Of a stretch of 64,000 nt of DNA, positions 37,630 through 51,259 are shown one piece after another. The translations under genes were made by a program, and so were the position numbers. The notes beneath the pieces are model-generated. The model searched no databases. It was not told where the DNA came from and worked only from the letters and a program-made list of their open reading frames with translations. Positions within the stretch are counted from its first letter, which is position 1; every line of letters begins with the position of its first letter. This DNA is from Anaeramoeba ignava BMAN (Eukaryota; Protista; Anaeramoebae). The stretch lies in NCBI GenBank assembly GCA_028826165.1, contig JAPDFW010000053.1, forward strand, positions 496,001 to 560,000, in the 5' to 3' direction.

Positions 37630-37827
37630 AATCAAAAATCACAATTTAAAAGAAAATCACAATTTAAATTTAAATCAAAATCAAAATCAAAATCAAAAAT
37701 CAAAAGAAAATCACAATTTAAAAGAAAATCAAAATCAAAATCAAAATCAAAATCAAAATCAAAATCAAAAAATTTTTTTAAAAAAGGAAATAAAGAGCAT
37801 TTTAAAATTGGAATTTTAATGAATTTT

Positions 37828-38716
37828 AAATTGAAATTAAATTGAAATTAAATTGAAATTAAATTGAAATTAAATTGAAATTAAATTGAAATTAAATTGG
37901 ATTGAAATTGAAATTAAATTAAAATTAAATTGAAATTAAATTGAAATTAAATTGAAATTAAATTGAAATTAAATTGAAATTAAATTGAAATTAAATTGAA
38001 ATTAAATTGAAATTAAATTGAAATTAAATTGAAATTAAATTGAAATTAAATTAAATTGAAATTAAATTGAAATTAAATTGAAATTAAATTGAAATTAAAT
38101 TGAAATTAAATTGAAATTAAATTGAAATTAAATTGAAATTAAATTGAAATTAAATTGAAATTAAATTGAAATTAAATTGAAATTAAATTAAATTGGAAAT
38201 AAATTAAATTAAATTGAAATTAAATTGAAATTAAATTGAAATTAAATTTGAAATTAAATTGAAATTAAATTGAAATTAAATTGAAATTAAATTGAAATTA
38301 AATTGAAATTAAATTGAAATTAAATTGGAATTAAATTGAAATTAAATTGAAATTAAATTGAAATTAAATTGGAATTAAATTGAAATTAAATTAAATTGAA
38401 ATTAAATTGAAATTAAATTGAAATTAAATTGAAATTAAATTGAAATTAAATTGAAATTAAATTAAATTGAAATTAAATTGGAAATAAATTGGAATTAAAT
38501 TGGAAATGAATTGAAATTAAATTAAATTGAAATTAAATTGGAAATAAATTGGAATTAAATTGAAATTAAATTGAAATTAAATTGGAATTAAATTAAATTG
38601 GAATTAAATTTGAAATTAAATTGAAATTAAATTAAATTGAAATTAAATTGAAATTAAATTAAAATTGAAATTAAATTGAAATTAAATTGAAATTAAATTG
38701 AAATTAAATTGGAATT
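37828..38716. repeat. Intergenic 11-bp satellite (AAATTGAAATT)n between convergent TEX261 and RFT1
   Basis: About 80 highly homogeneous copies. Confidence 0.95.
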
Positions 38717-38739
38717 AAAAAGAATTTTGCTTGTCCAAA

Positions 38740-40693
38740 TTAATCAGTCTTCTTTTTTGATAATAATTCTTTCCATGTTCTTTTTTCAAATTTATAAACA
38801 AAACCACAAAGCAGCAAAAAGCAAAAAATACCAATAATAAAATGAATAAAAAGACCATAAACACCAATCCAAAAGAAATATGAAGAACTAAATAAAATAA
38901 TAGCAATAAAAAAACAAGCAAGAGTAACTCTTGAATCCAAAAAAAATTGATTAAAAGAAACTTTGAATGAAGTGAAATATTTGTAAGTAAAATAAGCAAA
39001 ATAAATTCCAGAAACACTTTTATTGAGAATATTCGCTAAAATAAATCCCATAGATCCATATCTTGGAGCAAAAGTATAAATGAACGCAATATAAAGACCA
39101 GAAAAAACAACAAGCAAAATATTATTTTTGAATAGCTGACTTTTTGAAGAAACTGATCTAACAAAAATTTCATTTATTCCATTCATTATCACAAAAAATG
39201 TATAAATAAAATAGAATCCAATTATAAGTGAAATTTCGCTTTTTGGTTTGTTGTCTATCATAAATTTAGTAAATAGAAAAGTATAATTTGATCCAAAAAC
39301 AGAGTAAAAAAAAGCTATCAAAAAAACTAAACGGAATACCAGAAAAATTTTGATAAATTTCTTGAATTTTAGCATCAATAATTTTGTTTTGATTTTGATT
39401 TTGATTTTCTTTTTGATTTTCTTTTTGATTTTTGATTTTCTTTTTGATTTTCTTTTTTGATTTTCTTTTTCTTTTTCTTTTTGATTTTCTTTTAAATTTT
39501 GCTTTTCTTTTTCTTTTTCAAGTGATGCAACTTTTAAGGAAATTAATGTATAAATTGTTTCTTCAATTGGAAAATATACAATTCTTAAACCTAAAGAACC
39601 AATATTATTGGCAAGTCCATAAATAGCTTCAATTTCGAAATTTCTAAAAGTAAGTAAAATAATATCACCAATAGTTGTCAAAACAAAAACAAAGACATTT
39701 TGCAAAGTAAAAGAACCAACAAGTTTAAGCATTTCTTTTGCATTTTGATCCAAATGAAAAAGTTTTCTAAAATTAGGGATAATTTTAAAAAATATCCGAA
39801 ATCCTTTTAAATCATTAGGTTTTTCTTTTGAAGTCACACGTTTATCAGAAATATAATAAAATCCATAACCCAAAAATGTAATAAAAGAGCATAAAAATTG
39901 AGAAATACTAAACGCAAATAAAGGCATATTAAAAAAACGAATTATTAAATATAAAGAAATAGATCTTGTAATAGCTGCCAATCCTTCAACCTTCATTCTT
40001 ACATCAAAATGAACTAATGATTGCATTACAATATAAAATGGTTCAGAAACTAATTCTAACCAAGTTGTAAAACATAATAATCCAAGTAATAAGCTATAAT
40101 TTTCCAAATCAGTTCCACTTCCAGATAATTCAAGTAAATAAGTTAAGATTGAAAAGATAATTCCAAAGGGAATCGCAGATAAAGGAACGATTGTAAAAAT
40201 TGTTGGTAAAGTTGCTTTATTTCTTAAGAATTTTTTAATTTAATTTTTTAATTTAATTTTTTAATTGAATTTTTTAATTGAATTTTTTAATAGAATTTTT
40301 TAATTTAATTTTTTAATTGAATTTTTTAATTTAATTTTTTAATTGAATTTTTAATTTAATTTTTAATTGAATTCAATTTTTTTACTGCGTATCAGTTCTT
40401 GCAAATGCTCTTCTATATCCACTTCTTGAAAAATCTAAAAGAGCATCACGAATTAAAGGAAAACGGAAATTTATCAACTTTTTAATTTTTTAATTTAATT
40501 TTTTAATTTTAATTTTTTAATTTAATTTTTAATTTTTAATTTAATTAATAAAACAAACTGCAAATGAAGCAACATCTTGTTTTTGTGCATATAAAATATC
40601 ATAAATCCATAAATTAAACAAAAAAGAAATTGCTCGACTTGCTCCTTGAAGAAGAATTAAATAAAGACTCTGTTGTTTAATTTTCGAAATCAT
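38740..40693 (-). CDS. RFT1: RFT1 lipid-linked oligosaccharide translocation protein (3 exons)
   Basis: Exons 40693-40559, 40477-40386 and 40222-38740. Motifs YLILLQGASRAISFLFN, FSRSGYRRA, LELVSEPFY, YGLANNIGSLGLRIVYFPIEE, NGINEIFV and GFILAN. Confidence 0.9.
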
Positions 40694-40884
40694 TTTTAAA
40701 AAGAAAAAAATGAAAAAAATGAAAAAAATTTTTTTGGATTTTTTTTTTATTCCACTTTTTTTTTAATAAAAAAATTTTTTTTTTTTAGGGAAAATAATTT
40801 TTCAAGTGAATTTGTATTTCCAAAAACATTTAAATACTGAAAGCAACAAAAAATGTTTTTGAACAAAACGAAAGAAGAATAAAA

Positions 40885-43106
40885 TCAAATTCTTTCAATA
40901 ATTAAAGTACAAGCACCACCGCCACCATTGCCGATACTAGCGGCACCAATTTTAGTCTTTTTTACTTTAAGAACGGAAAGTAGAGTAGTAACTAAGCGAG
41001 CACCAGAACAACCGAGGGGATGACCCAGAGCAACACCGCCGCCGAAGATGTTTACGATAGAATGAGAAATACCGAGAGAACGTTCGAAAAGAATAGGAAC
41101 CAAAGCGAAGGATTCGTTAATCTCATGACATTCGATCTGATCAACCATCAAGTTTGCGCGCTTGCAAGCGAGTTTTAGTGAATCAATAGGAGAGGTGACA
41201 AAGAGCATAGGCTCTAGAGCAGTCTCGGCATAGGCAAGAACCCTTGCGATTGGGGTTAATTTAAGATCTTTTAATTTTTTTTCAGAAACCAGTACTAAAG
41301 CTGCTGCTCCATCGCAAAGCGCACTGGAATTTCCAGCAGTGATTGCTCCATCCTTGACAAACACAGATCGAAGCAGTCTGAGTTTCTCAGGATCCCCGTT
41401 TTTGGTAATTTGTTCATCCTCGTCAATAATCCTGGAAGGTTTCCTGATCCCTTGTGTCACCCGAATCGGAACAATTTCGTTGAACCATTTGTTCTTCAGT
41501 GCCTGGAGTGCCCGATTATAGGACTCAACTGCATAATCGTCCATTTCTTCTCGTGTGATGTTGAATTTTGTTGCGCAGTACTCCGCTATTTGTCCTGTAA
41601 CGACGTTGTTTGTTGCGTCCATTAATCCGTCGTGAATTACTCCATCAATTACTTTTGAATTTCCAACTCGCGCTCCAAATCTATGTTTGTCTAAATAATA
41701 TGGGCAGTTGCTCATAGATTCCATTCCTCCAGCTAATACAACATTTGATACTCCAAGTTGAATTGCCTGAATTCCTTGACTAAATATTTTTTGAATATTT
41801 AAAATATAAATTAAATATTTGAATTTGAATTTGAATTTGAATTTGAATATAAATTTGAATTTGAATATAAATTGAATATAATTTATATATAATTTAAATA
41901 TAAATTGAATATATTTTATATATAATTTATATATAATTTATATATATTTTGAATATTTGAATTTGAATTTGAATTTGAATTTGAATTTGAATTTGAATAT
42001 AATTTGAATTTGAATTTGAATTTGAATTTGAATTTGAATTTGAATTTGAATTTGAATATAATTTGAATATATTTTGAATATATTTTGAATATATTTTTGA
42101 ATATATTTTAAATATAATTTGAATATATTTTGAATATAATTTAAAAATATAATTGAAATATATTTTGAATATATTTTGAATATATTTTGAATATATTTTT
42201 GAATATATTTTGAATATATTTTGAATATAATTTGAATATATTTTGAATATATTTTGAATATATTTTTGAATATAATTTGAATATATTTTGAATATGAATT
42301 AAATATATTTTTAAATATAAATTAAATATAATTTGAATATAATTTAAATATATTTTGTATATATTTTGAATATATATTTTGAATATAATTTAAATATAAT
42401 TTGAATATATTTTATATATATTTTGAATATATTTTGAATTAAATATATTTTAAATATAAATTAAATATAATTTGAATATAATTTAAATATATTTTGTATA
42501 TATTTTGAATATATATTTTGAATATAATTTATATATATTTTGAATATAATTTATATATATTTTGAATATAATTTATATATAATTTGAATATATTTTGAAT
42601 ATATTTTGAATATATTTTGAATATAAATTGAATATAAATTGAATATAAATTAAATATATTTTGAATATAATTTAAATATTTGAATATAATTTATATATTT
42701 TGAATATATATTTTGAATATATTTTGAATATATTTTGAATATAAATTAAATATCTAAATATATTTTGAATATAAATTAAATATCTAAATATATTTTGAAT
42801 ATAATTTGAATAAATGTACATAACAGCTTTCAAACCAGAACCACAAACTTTATTAATAGTAGTACAATTAGATTTTGGGGATATATCTGATTTCAAAGCG
42901 ACTTGCCTTGAAGGAGCTTGACCCAAACCAGCTGATAAAACATTTCCCATAATAACTTCTTCAACTTGTTCCCCATTTATTTGTGATTCTTTTAAAGCAG
43001 ATTTCACTACATGAGTTGCTAATTTAATTGCTGGTGCATATCTAAGAACTCCTCCAAATGAACCTAATGCGGTTCTTTTGGCTGCTACAATAAAAACTTG
43101 TTGCAT
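40885..43106 (-). CDS. Acetyl-CoA C-acetyltransferase (thiolase II/Erg10-like), cytosolic type; second catalytic Cys replaced by Gly
   Basis: Exon 1 43106-42820, intron 42819-41780, exon 2 41779-40885. Motifs GQAPSRQ, TINKVCGSG, GGMESMS, EINESF, GHPLGCSGAR and ASIGNGGGG. Confidence 0.92.
41785..42810. repeat. Intronic (TTTGAA)n / (ATATTTTGAAT)n satellite in the thiolase gene
   Basis: Direct inspection. Confidence 0.9.
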
Positions 43107-43243
43107 TCAAAACTAAGAAAAAAAAAATGAAATTTGAAAAATGGATTGGAAAAATGAAGTGTAAAAAAAAAATGAGAAAAAAAAAAGGAGAAAATTTTCT
43201 TTTTCATTTTTTTTCATTTTTTCTTTTTTTCTTAATAATAAAA

Positions 43244-45787
43244 ATGAAAGATAATTCACAAATTGAATTAGAATTTCCTAAAGTATTAAAATTCAACATT
43301 AAATCTAATCAGAGATACATTTATAAATTTATTTATTAAATTATTTATTAATTTATTTATTAATTTATTTATTAAATTATTTATTAAATTATTTATTAAA
43401 TTATTTATTAAATTATTTATTAATTTATTTATTAATTTATTTATTAATTTATTTATTAATTATTTATTAAATTATTTATTAATTTATTTATTAATTTGTT
43501 TATCAAATTATTTATTAATATATTTATTAAATTATTTATAAATTTATTTATTAATTTATTTATTAATTTATTTATTAATATATTTATTAATTTATTTATT
43601 TATTTATTTATTAATTTATTTATTTATTTATTTATTTATTAATTTATTTATTAATTTATTTATTAATTTATTTATTAATTTATTTATTAATTTATTTATT
43701 AATTTATTTATTAAATTATTTATTAAATTATTTATTAATTTATTTACTAATTTATTTATTAATTTATTTATAAATTTATTTATTAATTTATTTATAAATT
43801 TATTTATTAAAAATTAATTAAAATTTATTATTTTTTTTTTTATTTTTTATTTATTAATTTATTTATTAATTTAATGAAATTATTTATAAATTTATTTATT
43901 AATTTATTTATTAATTTATTTATTAAATTATTTATTAAATTATTTATTAAATTATTTATTAATTTATTTATTAATTTATTTATTAATTTATTAATTTATT
44001 TATTAATTTATTTATTAAATTATTTATTAATTTATTTATTAATTTATTAAATTATTTATTAATTTATTTATTAAATTATTTATTAAATTATTTATTAATT
44101 TATTTATTAATTTATTTATTAAATTATTTATTAATTTATTTATTAATTTATTTATTAAATTATTTATTAATTTATTTATTAAATTATTTATTAAATTATT
44201 TATTAAATTATTTATTAAATTATTTATTAAATTATTTATTAAATTATTTATTAAATTATTTATTAAATTATTAATTTATTTATTAATTTATTTATTAATT
44301 TATTTATTAATTTATTTATTAATTTATTTATTAAATTATTTATTAATTTATTTATTAAATTATTTATTAATTTATTTATAAAATTATTTATTAAATAATT
44401 TATTTATATATTTATTTATTAATTTATTTATTAATTTAGTTATTAATTTATTTATTAATTTATTTATTAATTTATTTATTAATATATTTATTAAATTATT
44501 TATTAATTTATTTATTAATTTATTAATTTATTTATTAATATATTTATTAAATTATTTATTAATTTATTTATTAATTTATTAAATTATTAATTAAATTATT
44601 TATTAAATTATTTATTAATTTATTTATTTATAAATTTATTTATTAATTTATTAATTTATTTATTAATTTATTTATTAATTTATTTATTAATTTATTTATT
44701 AAATTATTTATTAAATTATTTATTAATTTATTTATTAATATATTTATTAATTTATTTATTTATTATTTATTAAATTATTTATTAAATTATTTATTAATTT
44801 ATTTATTAATTTATTTATTAAATTATTTATTAATTTATTTATTAATTTATTTATTAATTTATTTATTAAATTATTTATTAAAATATTTATTAATTTATTT
44901 ATTTATTTATTAAATTATTTTATAAATAAATAAAAAAAAAAAAGAAAAGGAAATATATCCATTCCCAATTAGAATCAATGAAATTTTATCAAGATCATTT
45001 TCATAATAGATTAAGTAAAAATATGCAAAATATTCCTTGCCAAATTATACATTTTAATCCTGAAGATCCAGTAATGATTATCATAATTGAATTAAAAAAA
45101 AAATTTATTTAAAAAAAAATAAATTTGCAATTTAAGTTAATTGTTGGACAACCATTTGTCTTTGCAAAACCCATTATTAGAGCTCACCAGCCAAGTAAAC
45201 CTTTTTCACACATTTGATTCTCATTTTTTATTCACAAATCTTCTATAGGAAATAGACGTAGACGGACAACAGGAATATTTATGGTTTATAGTAATCCAAA
45301 AGGTTATCGAGATGTTTCTTGGCCTTTATCAAGAAAAATAAGACTAATATCGTTTATTTTACTTGGATTGATTGATATTTCACTTTTAATAGATCTTTTA
45401 GTTCGTATGTTTGAGAAAATCTATTTTTATTAATTCAAAAAAAAAGAAAAGAAAATTTTAATCCAAAAAATTTTTTGATTTAAAATTTATTTAAATTTTA
45501 TTATTTTTCAAGATTTTTCATCTAATTTGAATTTTTTTCGACATATTTTTCCTTTTTTAATAACTTGCTTTATAAATATTTTTGGAGTGATTTCTTTTCT
45601 CAAAAAAAGCGCAACATTACTTACTTTTCTGAACGTTTTTATAATCTTTTTTTTCTTAGCAAATGCAATTGAACCTTATCATTATTTTCAATTAATTCGT
45701 GGACTTATTTCTGTTTTACAAATTTTTGTAGTTTTTCAAGAAAGATCAAGATTAATGTGCAAATGGATTAAATCAATTCAACATTAA
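43244..45787 (+). CDS. Orphan multi-pass membrane protein (5 exons; ~4 C-terminal TM helices)
   Basis: Exons 43244-43282, 44945-45070, 45137-45194, 45249-45404 and ~45513-45787 join in frame through GT-AG introns: ...YIHSQLESMKFYQDHFHNRL...LIVGQPFVFAKP...GIFMVYSNP...LISFILLGLIDI... Confidence 0.6.
43320..44930. repeat. Intronic 12-bp satellite (AATTTATTTATT/AAATTATTTATT)n
   Basis: About 1.6 kb, almost free of G and C. Confidence 0.95.
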
Positions 45788-45934
45788 AATTAAAATTAAA
45801 ATTAAAATTAAAATTATTTTGTTTTATGTTTTATGTTTTATTATTATTAAAAAATCAATCCAAAAAAAAAAAAAATCTAAAAATTTTATTTCGTTTTTTT
45901 TTCTTTCTTATTTTTTCTTTCTTTTTGTTTTTAA

Positions 45935-48314
45935 TTAATTAGATTGATTTCCATCAGATTTTTTATAAACTCGATAATTATCATCAATAATATCTGGATA
46001 AGAATTTTTAGGAATATCTTTATGATTTTGATTTTTTTTTTTGGATTGATTTTGATTTTGATTTTTTCTTTTGTTATTATTTTTATTATTTTTTTTCTTT
46101 GGAGAATTGGACTTTTTTGAATGAGTATTTGGTTCAGGTTTAAGAGCAGGAAACTCTTTATCTCGATTTGCAAGAGTATTTGTCATTGGATTAAAATTCC
46201 AATCACCAAATTTTCTATTTTTAGTTCTTTGATTTTCTAAATCGTTTAATAAAGAAGGAAAATCTTTTAATTCTTGTTGTTTTTTTTCATAAATTTGTCG
46301 AAGTTCCTTTTGTTTTGTGTGATCAGGAAGTGTGTCTACAATTTCATTAAATAATTCCTTTGCTAATTTGTCTCCTAAAATTTGAAAAATAACTTGGAAA
46401 TACTCGAAAGTCGGGATAATTCCCTTTTGAAATTCTGATGATTTCTTCACAAAATTTTGGAATTTTTTCTGCGATAATTTTTTCTTGAGATTTTGAACCA
46501 ATTGCTTATTGCGTTTTTGAAGAATTTGCTTTCTTTCCTCATCAAAAGTTTTCAAATATGGATTTGATTCAATTTCTTTTTTGATTTTTTCTAAATTTTC
46601 TTCATCAGAATTTTTTTCATTTTCATTTTCATTTTCATTTTGATTTTGATTTTGATTTTGATTTTGATTTAGATTTTCATTTGGATTTGAATTGGAAAAA
46701 TTATTGTTATTTTGGTTTCTTTGGTGTCTTTGATATCTTTGATTTCTATAATTGATTTCAGGTTCCTGATCAGGAAGTTGAAGTTTAAATCCCTTTTTTT
46801 TATCAATTTTAGGAAGAGTTTCCTGATGGAATTCATAAGCATGAGCTTGCAATTCTATTGAAGTATTAAAAACAATAAACCGCATTGCGCGACAAGTTGG
46901 ATTTTTACAAATAAAATGTTCCTTATCAAAATGTTTTTCAAGTTCTTCATAACTAGAGAAATATTCTTGATAATTTGATTCTGCTTGACAAAGATGACAA
47001 ACCAAATGGTTTTCATCACAATGTTTTTGGAGTGCTTCATTATCGAAAAATGAGGTGAAACAGCATGAACAAACTGGATGTTGTTTTTTGTGCTGTTTCA
47101 ATTCGCTAAATGTATAAATTGGTATTTCATCGTTAAAAAATTGATTATTATCAGTGCAAATATCGCAAATGAATTTATCATGAAAATTTTTTAAGTGTGA
47201 TTTGAAATCAAATTTGTTTCTTGATTTTAATTTGCAAATTGGGCATGTGTATTGATTTGCCTCGTTGATTTCTTCAAGTATTGATTCGTCGTCGTAATAA
47301 TAACGTTCATGTGTGTTGTATCCTAATGTTTCAAGATTATAATCTTGGAATTTTTTGGTAGTGTTTCGTGTCATTATAACGTTGTTAACTTTGGATTTGC
47401 AGACACAACATGTCCGAGGGTTATTGTAATGATCCATTCTAAGAAAGCATCTCCCTTTTAATTTTAAAAATTATTTATAAATTATTTATAAAATTATTTA
47501 TAAAATTATTTATAAAATTATTTATAAAATTAAATATAAAATTAAATATAAAATTATTTATAAAATTAAATATAAAATTATTTATAAAATTAAATATAAA
47601 ATTATATATAAAATTAATTATAAAATTATTTATAAAATTAAATATAAAATTATATATAAAATTAATTATAAAATTATTTATAAAATTATTTATAAAATTA
47701 TTTATAAAATTATTTATAAAATTATTTATAAAATTATTTATAAAATTATTTATAAAATTATTTATAAAATTATTTATAAAATTAAATATAAAATTAAATA
47801 TAAAAATTAAATATAAAATTATTTTACAAAAATTATTTATAAAATTATTTATAAAATTATTTATAAAATTATTTATAAAATTATTTATAAAATTATTTAT
47901 AAAATTATTTATAAAAAATTATTTATAAAATTATTTATAAAATTATTTATAAAATTAATTATAAAAATTATTTATAAATTTATTTATAAAATTATTTATA
48001 AAATTAATTATAAAATTAATTATAAATTTATTTATAAAATTAATTATAAAATTAATTATAAAATTAATTATAAAATTAATTATAAAATTATTTATAAAAT
48101 TATTTATAAAATTAAATATAAAATTATTTATAAAATTATTTATTAAATTATTTATAAAATTAAATATAAAATTAAATATAAAATTATTTATAAAATTAAA
48201 ATTGTATTTACAACAAATTTGTCTGTGATTGCATTGTCCAAGTGCAAATATTGATATTGGATTTATACAAGTAAGACAAATATGTTCATTTTGATTTGAT
48301 TCAAAATTTTCCAT
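45935..48314 (-). CDS. ZNF598: ZNF598/Hel2 RING E3 ligase (ribosome quality control), 2 exons
   Basis: Exon 1 48314-48212 plus exon 2 47454-45935 give RING CLTC..GQCNHRQICWRCFLRM...CCVCK, C2H2 fingers, HPVCSCC, H..CHLC, LEKHF..EHFIC and IVF. Confidence 0.88.
47465..48200. repeat. Intronic (AAATTATTTATA)n satellite in ZNF598
   Basis: Same unit as 12896-14612 and 48995-50070. Confidence 0.95.
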
Positions 48315-48563
48315 TTTAATTAAGAGAATAAGAAAGAAAAGAATAAGAAAGAAAGAAAAGAATAAGAAAAAAATGAAAATTTAAAATGGAAAAATTAAAA
48401 AAAAAAGAAGAATTAAATGAATGACGTAAAATAGAAAAGGAAAAAAATTTTTTTTATATTTTTCTCCTTTTAATATTTTTCTCCTTTTGTTTTTTTTTTT
48501 GTTTTTTTTTTAATTAAAAAATTTATTTTTTTTTCATTTTTTTTTCACTTTTCTTTTCTTAAA

Positions 48564-50969
48564 ATGTTTAAGATTTTTGTTAGCTTATTCCTTTTAATAA
48601 TAATACTTGTTGTTAATTCACAAACACCAACTTCATGCACAACTTCTTTCAAAGATTCAAATGGAGTTACGCATTATTATGACTTTTCTGCTTTTATGAA
48701 AAAGTAAAAAATTGCAAAAATAAAAATATAAAAAAAAATATTTTTCAAAATTCGTTGTTTTTATTTTCAATTTTATTTTTAAAACAAAAAGAAAAAGAAA
48801 ATTAATTGATTGATTATTTAATTAATAAGTTTTTTTTTGCTTTTTTTTTCAAGAATTTAAGAAATTTTTTTTTGTCAACAAAATATTGATATTTTTTTTT
48901 TAGAAATTATTTTTTCATTATTTAATCTTTAGAAAAAGAAAATAATATTCAATGAATTTGAAAACAAATTCAAAACTCCAATTATTCTCGCAATTTATTA
49001 AATTAAATATAAAATTATTTATAAAATTGTATATAAAATTATTTATAAAATTAATTATAAAATTATTTATAAAATTATTTATAAATTTATTTATAAAATT
49101 AATTATAAAATTATTTATAAAATTATTTATAAAATTAATTATAAAATTATTTATAAAATTATTTATAAAATTAAATATAAAATTAATTATAAAATTATTT
49201 ATAAAATTAAATATAAAATTGTATATAAAATTAAATATAAAATTATTTATAAAATTATTTATTAAATTATTTATAAAATTATATATAAAATTAATTATAA
49301 AATTATTTATAAAATTAATTATAAAATTAAATATAAAATTATTTATAAAATTATTTATTAAATTATTTATAAAATTATTAATAAAATTATTTATAAAATT
49401 ATATATAAAATTATTTATAAAATTATTTATAAAATTAAATATAAAATTATTTATAAAATTATATATAAAATTATTTATAAAATTATATATAAAATTATTT
49501 ATAAAATTATTTATAAAATTAATTATAAAATTATTAATAAAATTATTTATAAAATTATTTATAAAATTAAATATAAAATTATTTATAAAATTAATTATAA
49601 AATTATTTATAAAATTATTTATAAAATTATATATAAAATTATTTATAAAATTATTTATAAAATTATTTATGAAATTATTTATAAAATTATTTATGAAATT
49701 AAATATAAAATTAATTATAAAATTATTTATAAAATTATTTAAAATTATTTATAAAATTATTTATGAAATTAAATATAAAATTAATTATAAAATTATATAT
49801 AAAATTAATTTATAAAATTATTTATAAAATTAAATATAAAATTATTTATAAAATTAAATATAAAATTATATATAAAATTATATATAAAATTATTTATAAA
49901 ATTATATATAAAATTATTTATAAAATTATTTATAAAATTAAATATAAAATTATTTATAAAATTAATTTATAAAATTATTTATAAAATTAATTATAAAATT
50001 ATTAATAAAATTAAATATAAAATTATTTATAAAATTAAATATAAAATTATTTATAAAATTATTTATAAAATAGATCGACTGAAAATCCATATATTTATGA
50101 AGATTTAGATAATAAATATACCTATTTATTTAATATTTGCGCTAATGTGGATAATATTGTTACTTGTCCATGCTGCACTCCAAGTTTAGCTACTGGTTGG
50201 GTAATTGAAGCAGTTAAATGTTACTAATTGTGATTATATGGGAGAATTAGAAAATCCAGTTTATACTCCAATTGGTAAAATTGAAATTAAAATTAAAATT
50301 AAAATTAAAATTAAAATTAAAATTAAAATTAAAATTAAAATTAAAATTTAAAAATTAAATTAAATTTAAATTAAAATTAAAATTAAAAATAAAATCAAAA
50401 AATAAAATCAAAAATTGAAATTAAATTAAAATTAAAATTAAAATTAAAATTAAAATTAAAATTAAAATTAAAATTATAATTATAATTAATATTAAAATTA
50501 AAATAAAAATTAAAATTAAAATTAAAATTAAAATTAAAATTAAAAATAAAATCAAAAATTAAAATTAAAATTAAAATTAAAATTCATTTATAAAATTAAA
50601 AATAAAATTATAAAAGATTCTGATGATTTAGAAGATGGAATCAACCTCCGATATTTTGTTGATTACAATGGAAAACACATTCGATCCATGTTTTACAATC
50701 TTTTCTGCAGCAATTACGAAACATGGAGAGTAGTTACAGTATTTTATCACAGTACACTTCTTCCACCTTCAATGGAAATCAACGTATTAACATCAAGCAC
50801 ATGTTTCAACACACAACCAGTTCCAGTTATTACTCAAAGTTGCTCTAAATGTAACGCTGCTGGTGCCTCTTTTGGAGTCATTTCAGCTCTTTGTTTTGGC
50901 GTTATAAGCGGTTTCTTCTTTTATAAATGGAGATCTAAAGAAATTTCTACTACTTATGAAAGAGTTTAA
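48564..50969 (+). CDS. MRH-domain (mannose-6-phosphate receptor/ATG27-like) type I membrane protein, 3 exons, one frameshift near 50217
   Basis: Signal peptide; C...YYDFS, YLFNICANV, GINLRY, YNLFC and TSSTC; TM helix; C-terminal YERV (YxxPhi). Exons 48564-48703, 50074-50274 and 50617-50969. Confidence 0.65.
48995..50070. repeat. Intronic (AAATTATTTATA)n satellite
   Basis: Ends directly at the TAG acceptor (50073). Confidence 0.95.
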
Positions 50970-51259
50970 GTTCTTCTTTAAATCTTTATCCTTTTAAAAA
51001 TAGTTCATTTTCATTTTCAATTTTCAATTTTCATTTTCAATTCTAATTCTTCAAAAATTTTTTTCCCTTTTCTTTCAAAAAAGAAGAAATTATTAATCAT
51101 TTTTTCTTTTTTTCTTTTTTTCTTTCTTCATTTCTTCCTTTTTCTTTTTTAATTCAAAAAAAATAACAATAACAAAAATAATAAATAATTCTTCAAAAGC
51201 AAAAAAGAAATAAAAAGAAAATTTTCCAATTAAAATAATCAATTTTTTGTTTTTTAATT

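Noticed and set aside
40885-41779. Higher-GC thiolase exon as a recent horizontal transfer or contamination
   Set aside because: The gene has a spliceosomal intron and Erg10/ACAT-like eukaryotic motifs, and other long exons (SUN) show similar GC elevation.
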